A stretch of DNA of 64,000 nt from assembly GCA_051306005.1 (NCBI GenBank), contig JBPPMJ010000003.1:329171-393170 (forward strand), written 5' to 3'. Position numbers and translations under genes: made by a program. Shown piece by piece: positions 58,254 to 64,000 of this stretch. Source of the stretch: Minisyncoccota bacterium. GTDB taxonomy: Bacteria; Patescibacteriota; Minisyncoccia; Moranbacterales; UBA1568. Position 1 is the first letter of the stretch. Each line of letters starts with the position of its first letter. The notes below the pieces were generated by a model, which had not been told where the DNA came from, searched no databases, and worked only from the letters and a program-made list of their open reading frames with translations.

Positions 58254-59321
58254 TTAAAATTGTCGAATAAAACGAAGGTCACCAGACATCAGGAGACGGA
58301 TATCTGAAATCTGATACTTCATCATCGCTAAACGTGTCGTTCCGAAGCCCCAAGCAAATCCCTGATAGGCTCCCCGTTTATACCCCCCAGCTTCGAAGAC
58401 TTTTTGATTCACTATACCAGCACCACCAATTTCTAACCAACCAGTCTGTTTACAAACAGGACATCCCTGTCCTGCGCAAAGCACACAGTTGATATCAAAT
58501 TCAAAACTCGGTTCGGTAAACGGAAAGAAGCTCGGACGCAAGCGAATACTGATTTTTTTGCCAAAAAAACAAGTGAAAAATTCCTGTGCGATGAATTTAA
58601 AATGAGCAACATTGATATGTGTATCCACCATGAGACATTCAAATTGATGAAAGGTATGTTCATGAGAAGCATCAGTTGCTTCATTACGGAAAATACGTCC
58701 CGGCACGATGACACGGAACGGTGGTTTATGAGTTTCCATAAAACGCACCTGAACAGGAGAAGTGTGTGTTCGAAGAAGATAATGTTTTTTTGGCGCAAGA
58801 GCACGTGCGGTACTGGCAACTTTTTTTGTCTGTGCTGATTGGATCCAAAAAGTATCCTGCATATCGCGAGCAGGATGATTGGCAGGAACATTCAGTGCAT
58901 CAAAATTATACCACTCCGTTTCCAATTCTGGTCCGTCGGCAATCACAAAACCCATTGACAGAAAAATATCTTCAATTTCATGCTCAAGGCAAGTAAGAGG
59001 ATGCAAATGGCCACGCGGAACGGAAATACCGGGTGCTGTCACATCGATTCGCTCCTGATTCCAATCAATACTCTGTTCCAAAAGAGTCTCACGGACTTCT
59101 GCCAAGGCACTATTCAAAGATTGTTTGACTTTGTGACACAATGGTCCAACGACACGTCGTTCTTCTGGTGTGAGATCTTTCAGCCCTTTCAACAAAGCGC
59201 TCAGTTCACTTCTGCGACCAAGATAGGTTACCTCCCAAGCATCCAGGCCTGTCATAGAGCCAACCGATGCGAGCGCCGTCAATCCAGCTAATTCTAGAGC
59301 GTGTATTTTCTCTGATAACAT
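58254..59321 (-). CDS. pheS: Phenylalanyl-tRNA synthetase alpha subunit
   Basis: HPARDMQDTF, LRTHTSPVQ and FPFTEPS motifs. Confidence 0.97.
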   Translation of the reverse strand: MLSEKIHALELAGLTALASVGSMTGLDAWEVTYLGRRSELSALLKGLKDLTPEERRVVGPLCHKVKQSLNSALAEVRETLLEQSIDWNQERIDVTAPGISVPRGHLHPLTCLEHEIEDIFLSMGFVIADGPELETEWYNFDALNVPANHPARDMQDTFWIQSAQTKKVASTARALAPKKHYLLRTHTSPVQVRFMETHKPPFRVIVPGRIFRNEATDASHEHTFHQFECLMVDTHINVAHFKFIAQEFFTCFFGKKISIRLRPSFFPFTEPSFEFDINCVLCAGQGCPVCKQTGWLEIGGAGIVNQKVFEAGGYKRGAYQGFAWGFGTTRLAMMKYQISDIRLLMSGDLRFIRQF

Positions 59322-59398
59322 AGCAATAGTAAAGGTAAAGTAATACCCTTATTGTAACGAACATTCCCATTTCGGTCAAAACTATTTTTCAGCACCAG

Positions 59399-60589
59399 TC
59401 AAAAAAGTAGTTTGACAAAATCTTTCTTTCCCACTTTCATTATTTGTCCGGCAAAACGTTTTTCTATTACCGCATTTTCATCTGTTATTTTTTCACCAGC
59501 GATTTCTACGCCACCCTGAGCCATCTTGCGTCGCGCATCAGTTTTGCTCGTCGCCAAATCAAGCGATACAATTACTTCCGAAATTTTTATATTTTCTTGT
59601 ACCAGCACATCATGAATATCTGTCGGAATCTGTTTTTTGGAAAACGTATCAATAAAATAGGTTTCCGCATTGATAGCCTGTAATTCGCCGTGATAGAGTC
59701 GAACAATTTCGTTCGCCAATCTCATCTTGATATCGCGTGGATTGCCACCAGTCACGATATCAGATGCGAAAACAGCGATTTCTTCCATCGGTACGCGCGT
59801 ACAATGAATGAAGTATTCCATAATCAACTCATCAGGAATACTCATAACTTTTCCAAACATATCATTGGGCGCATCCAAAATATTAATGGTATTCCCCCAG
59901 CTCGAACTCATCTTACGACCATCGGTACCAGGAATAATATTGACGGTCAGTACAGCCTGTTCTGGTTGTGCATATTTTTTTTGCAAATGCCGACCAGCCA
60001 AAAGGTTGAAGCGTTGATCTGTGCCTCCTATTTCTACATCGGCTCGTATCGCAACGCTATCATAGCCCTGCATTAATGGATACAAAACTTCCCGCAAAGA
60101 AACACGCTTACCAAAATCCAAACGTTTTTTGATATTGTCACGCGCGATAAATTCCGCTAAAGAAAAGGTGTCTGCCTGCTCACTGATTTCGGCGTATCCA
60201 AGTTTGCTCAACCATTCAGCATTGTAACGCACTTCCACTTGATCCATATTCAAAATCTTACCCGCCTGAGCGACATAAGTACGCATATTTTCCGCAACCA
60301 CATCTGCAGTCAACATCGGTCGCTCACTCTCTTTATCTGACGTATCACCGATAACACCAGTAAAATCCCCAACGATAAATACCACGATATGTCCTAAATC
60401 CTGAAAATCACGCAATGTGCGCAATGCCACTGCCCGTCCCAGATGAATAAACGGACTAGTGGGATCAATGCCAAACTTGACGCGCAGTTTCTCGCCAGAA
60501 AGTAAACGGTGGCGCAAAATATCACGGTCAATGACTTCTGCCACTCCCCGACTCAGCAATGCATCAATTTTTTGTTCTTGTGGTGTCAT
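59399..60589 (-). CDS. tyrS: Tyrosyl-tRNA synthetase
   Basis: GIDPT..HLGR, GGTDQ and KMSSS motifs; C-terminal S4 domain. Confidence 0.96.
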   Translation of the reverse strand: MTPQEQKIDALLSRGVAEVIDRDILRHRLLSGEKLRVKFGIDPTSPFIHLGRAVALRTLRDFQDLGHIVVFIVGDFTGVIGDTSDKESERPMLTADVVAENMRTYVAQAGKILNMDQVEVRYNAEWLSKLGYAEISEQADTFSLAEFIARDNIKKRLDFGKRVSLREVLYPLMQGYDSVAIRADVEIGGTDQRFNLLAGRHLQKKYAQPEQAVLTVNIIPGTDGRKMSSSWGNTINILDAPNDMFGKVMSIPDELIMEYFIHCTRVPMEEIAVFASDIVTGGNPRDIKMRLANEIVRLYHGELQAINAETYFIDTFSKKQIPTDIHDVLVQENIKISEVIVSLDLATSKTDARRKMAQGGVEIAGEKITDENAVIEKRFAGQIMKVGKKDFVKLLF

Positions 60590-60621
60590 AGGTGCCACAT
60601 AGCGTCAAAAATCATTATTCC

Positions 60622-60918
60622 CTATTTCAAACCAAACTTAGCCTTGGTAAGACGATATTGGTCATCAGAAATCTGTCGACTCTTCCGCATCATTTCCAAA
60701 GATGCCAAAATCTCATCTTTATGTTTCTCAATATTCTTCGGCGTCATCGCTTTACGCATCAACGTTTCACGTTCGGCTGGGCTCATCTTCATCATACGTT
60801 TCATTGCGAAACGCTGGAGCATATTCATATCTTTTGTATCAGGCATTCCCGGGATGTTGGGCATACTCACATCCTCTGACGCATCTTCTTTTTTTCTTTT
60901 GAGTGGATTCCAATGCAT
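60622..60918 (-). CDS. Small Met/Lys-rich hypothetical protein
   Basis: 98-aa ORF filling the secF-tyrS gap on the same strand. Confidence 0.7.
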   Translation of the reverse strand: MHWNPLKRKKEDASEDVSMPNIPGMPDTKDMNMLQRFAMKRMMKMSPAERETLMRKAMTPKNIEKHKDEILASLEMMRKSRQISDDQYRLTKAKFGLK

Positions 60919-60943
60919 AAAAAAATATTTCTCAATAAATCAA

Positions 60944-61849
60944 TTATTTTTTCTGTTGCTTCATGTGATACCGTGTGACCAACAATGCGGAAGCAACAAA
61001 AATAGAAGAGTAGGTGCCAAAGGCGACACCAGCAAAAAGAGCGACGCCAAAATAGCGGATACTCTCTCCACCAAAAATAACGATAGCGAGCAAGGTAATT
61101 AAAACCGTGAGCGACGTATTGAAAGAACGTCCCAAAGTCTCGTTGAGAGAACGATTCACAAGACTCTCAAAAGACTCTTTGTGACGAGAACGCATTAAAT
61201 TTTCACGCACACGATCGTATACCACGATAGTATCATTGACTGAATATCCCAAAATAGTCAGAAGAGCGGCGATGAACGGCACGCCAATCTCTACGTCCAT
61301 ATATCTGCCCAACAGAACAAAAATACCCAGCACAATGATAATATCATGTGCCAAAGCGATAATCGCACCCACACCATATTCCCAGGACGTAACCACACCC
61401 GAAACCTGACGAAATGCCCAAGCGACATAGAGAGCGATGCCTATGAGTGAAAAAAGAATACCATACAGAGCGTTTTGGCGAATCTTATCAGAAACAGAGG
61501 CACCGACAAAATCCGTCCGTAGTTGACGAACATGCGGATCAATCGTTTGCAATGCAGTAAGTACTTTTTGGTTCACTGATTCATCTGAAGCGAGATAACG
61601 CAAAAGGACACCATTATTTTCGGTCGGCTGAATCGTTAAGCTATTCAGATCAATAGATGCTAATTGTTTGTTCAACATAACGGGCGATGGTGCGGGATCC
61701 ATAGCAAAACGTACTTCCATAAGTGTTCCTCCCTTAAAATCAATCCCCAAATTGAAACCCCAAAGTCCAATCAATATGATACTGGCAAGCGTCAAAATAC
61801 CGGAAAACCAGTACGTATAGATTCTTTTTTGAATAATCTGAAGCATCAT
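60944..61849 (-). CDS. secF: Protein translocase subunit SecF
   Basis: GIDFKGGT, HD, GYSVNDTIVVYDRVRE and GTYSSIF motifs; ATGA overlap with secD. Confidence 0.96.
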   Translation of the reverse strand: MMLQIIQKRIYTYWFSGILTLASIILIGLWGFNLGIDFKGGTLMEVRFAMDPAPSPVMLNKQLASIDLNSLTIQPTENNGVLLRYLASDESVNQKVLTALQTIDPHVRQLRTDFVGASVSDKIRQNALYGILFSLIGIALYVAWAFRQVSGVVTSWEYGVGAIIALAHDIIIVLGIFVLLGRYMDVEIGVPFIAALLTILGYSVNDTIVVYDRVRENLMRSRHKESFESLVNRSLNETLGRSFNTSLTVLITLLAIVIFGGESIRYFGVALFAGVAFGTYSSIFVASALLVTRYHMKQQKK

Positions 61850-63591
61850 AATTTTTCTTCTAAAGGTTTTTTGGGTGAAACGAGAAGATAAGGATGACGC
61901 TCCATCCAATCGCTAACAACAAACATTGTCGTGATACGTACGAGCACTACCGCCGTGAAAAGTGACAATAATACGCCGATTGCTAGGATAATGGCAAAAC
62001 CTTTCACAAAACCAGTGCCAAAGCCTATGAGAATAAGTGTTGTAATAAGTGTGGAAACATGCCCATCGCGAATACTAGGCCACGCTCGACGGAATCCTTC
62101 CGAAAGAGATTTATAAACATTTTTTCCATAAGATAACTCCTCGCGCGTACGTTCAAAAATCAACACATTGGCATCAACAGCGATACCAATAGAAAGAATA
62201 AAGCCAGCAATGCCGGACAATGTCACAGTAATCGCGAATGGAGTCAGGGCGGAAAGCTTGAAAATTGCCAATAACATCGCTGTATAGAGTAGGAGGGCAA
62301 ATACCGCAATCAGTCCGAGAAAACGATAGTACACAATCATAAAAATGGCTATCGCTGTCAAACCAATCAACCCAGCGAACAAACTCTGGCGAAGCGCACT
62401 CTCACCAAGACTCGCATCGATACTTTGTTGCCCAACCAATTCCAAAGGCACCGGTAAAGATCCTTCATTCAGACGCTTAACCAATGCAGTGGCTTCTGGA
62501 ATAGTATAATTACCGGTAATCTGTGCTCGCCCCCCAATAATTTCTTCTTGAATAACCGGCGCATAGGGTGGATCCATGGCATCTATAACACCATCACCAT
62601 TGGTATCAGTAATGGGCAGGCCGTCCAACACGATGGCGACACCTTTGCCAACATTACGTTTGGTAATATCCGCAAACAATGCGGATCCTTCATCATCAAA
62701 TTGAAGTGAGATCATAGGTGATCCGAGGCCTCCATTTTGATAATCCACAGAAGCATTTTTCAAATTTTTTCCATTCAAAGCAGTAGAAATATAGTGTGTA
62801 ATCGGCGCATTTTCTTGTTCCAAAGAACGTTTGAGCAACAAAATATGTGAAGAACGTATTTCTCGCTCATCCCCATCTCCCCTTTCATCCGTTTTTTTGA
62901 TGATATGCCAACCGAATGATGACTCTACCAACTCTGAATACACGCTCCCCACTGTAAAGTCTGGATTGAATAAAGCCTTTTCAAACTCTGGAACAAAAGC
63001 ATTCTTTGTAACAAAATCAAGATCTCCACCATTCATTGCAGTACCATCTTGACTAAATTGTTTCGCTAATGCTCCAAAATCTTCTCCCTGTTTAGCACGT
63101 TCCAGAACACGTTGCGCCATTTCTTTACTTTGTTTATTGGCTTCTTCAATTATTTCAGGTGATACCGATGGACGTTCTTGCGTAATTAATTCTTGAAATT
63201 CCAAAAATGGCGTTTCTTTAATCATTGCTTTGGCTTGCTCAACGTCCTGAATACCTGGCAATTCCACGATAATACGGTGTTCATCGCCCGAACGAGACAA
63301 CTGCACCAACGGTTCTCCGACACCAAAAGCATTCACACGTCTTTCAATAACTGCTTCAGCAGCAGACAGGGCTTCCTCTACTTTATCCGTTGGCACTTGC
63401 GAAATATCTGCCAAATATTCTAAATGGATACCACCTTGCAAGTCTAAACCTCTATTGACTTGTAAAGTATTCAACCTATCAAAAATGGGTTGGATAAAAT
63501 GCACCGTTTGCGGATAAGCGATAATACCAGAAAACAAGCCTAAAGCGAGTACCCCAGCAAACTGCCAACGTTTTTTAATATATTGTTTCAT
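61846..63591 (-). CDS. secD: Protein translocase subunit SecD with an inserted parvulin (PpiC) PPIase domain
   Basis: GLDLQGG, IERRVNAFGVGEP and IAVDANVLIFER; insert FGALAKQFSQD..GGDL..FEKALF..FGWHIIK..SHILL. Confidence 0.95.
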   Translation of the reverse strand: MKQYIKKRWQFAGVLALGLFSGIIAYPQTVHFIQPIFDRLNTLQVNRGLDLQGGIHLEYLADISQVPTDKVEEALSAAEAVIERRVNAFGVGEPLVQLSRSGDEHRIIVELPGIQDVEQAKAMIKETPFLEFQELITQERPSVSPEIIEEANKQSKEMAQRVLERAKQGEDFGALAKQFSQDGTAMNGGDLDFVTKNAFVPEFEKALFNPDFTVGSVYSELVESSFGWHIIKKTDERGDGDEREIRSSHILLLKRSLEQENAPITHYISTALNGKNLKNASVDYQNGGLGSPMISLQFDDEGSALFADITKRNVGKGVAIVLDGLPITDTNGDGVIDAMDPPYAPVIQEEIIGGRAQITGNYTIPEATALVKRLNEGSLPVPLELVGQQSIDASLGESALRQSLFAGLIGLTAIAIFMIVYYRFLGLIAVFALLLYTAMLLAIFKLSALTPFAITVTLSGIAGFILSIGIAVDANVLIFERTREELSYGKNVYKSLSEGFRRAWPSIRDGHVSTLITTLILIGFGTGFVKGFAIILAIGVLLSLFTAVVLVRITTMFVVSDWMERHPYLLVSPKKPLEEKL

Positions 63592-63598
63592 ACACGCC

Positions 63599-63627
63599 AG
63601 TATAGCCGAATGTTGCCGGATAGGCAA
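63599..63627 (-). promoter_or_regulatory. secDF promoter (TTGCCT-17-TATACT), 7 nt from the ATG
   Basis: Minus strand ttgcct-atccggcaacattcggc-tatact-ggcgtgt-ATG. Confidence 0.5.
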
Positions 63628-63696
63628 CTGCGAGTGATGTCTGGTGTTTTCATGGCATAAAGAAAATACGAAAATGATACCAGCCCTCAAGTATTC

Positions 63697-64000
63697 TCAA
63701 GATACCTGTATTGCATACGCGTCATAATCCGCAATAGGTATCAACTTTCCCTCTCGCAAGACATAATACTGTGTCATGGTACTATGTTCCAACAAATCAC
63801 GGTCATGCGTGACCAAAAGTAATGTGCCAGCATAATCGTTCAAAGCTTCCTCCAAAGCTTCAATCGTTTCCAAATCCAAATGATTGGTTGGTTCATCCAA
63901 AATCAAAAAAGTAACTTGACGTAAACTCAGTAAAGCGAGTATAAGGCGCACACGCTCTCCTGGACTAAGAAAAGTAATTTTTTCATCAAGCACGGTTGGT
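63697..64000 (-). CDS. ABC-F family ATPase, 3' part (runs off the window)
   Basis: LSPGERVR, LILDEPTNHLD and VTHDR motifs. Confidence 0.9.
   Translation of the reverse strand, partial: PTVLDEKITFLSPGERVRLILALLSLRQVTFLILDEPTNHLDLETIEALEEALNDYAGTLLLVTHDRDLLEHSTMTQYYVLREGKLIPIADYDAYAIQVS

Noticed and set aside
60509-61102. 197-aa plus-strand ORF and similar antisense ORFs throughout the window
   Set aside because: They lie antisense to well-supported minus-strand genes and have no motifs or start signals.

Overview
Chromosomal window from a small-genome bacterium. Gene content suggests Patescibacteria/CPR (Parcubacteria-like), which is an inference from the short AspRS lacking the GAD insert, the single-chain acetate-CoA ligase, DUF4012, few Shine-Dalgarno sites and standard code 11. 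Nearly all genes are on the minus strand. The core backbone is murB-murC-murG-ftsW-trmD, scattered surface-glycan genes, rseP, frr, serS, lysS, greA, mrdA-mreDCB, aspS, pheST, tyrS, secDF, tRNA-Lys(UUU), tRNA-Val(CAC) and RNase P RNA. There are three accessory regions. (i) 16.0-19.4 kb: three secreted proteins, including a LysM protein with a beta-barrel-like C-terminus. (ii) 23.7-28.6 kb: a decayed serine-recombinase element bounded by perfect 25-bp inverted repeats at tRNA-Lys, next to a 1290-aa GNAT protein. (iii) 38.5-52.6 kb: a variable island where enzyme modules sit in tandem upstream of histidine-kinase copies, namely [PQ-loop-like membrane protein + SET methyltransferase + multi-TM kinase] and [Sir2-like + nucleotide-sugar dehydrogenase + O-methyltransferase + kinase remnant]. 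The two kinase copies share a 120-bp near-identical 3' tract and are followed by a dual-receiver regulator. The same island carries a NUDIX-nucleoside phosphorylase fusion with a P-loop kinase, nuclease-like genes and several pseudogenes. No CRISPR array, rRNA or DGR was seen.
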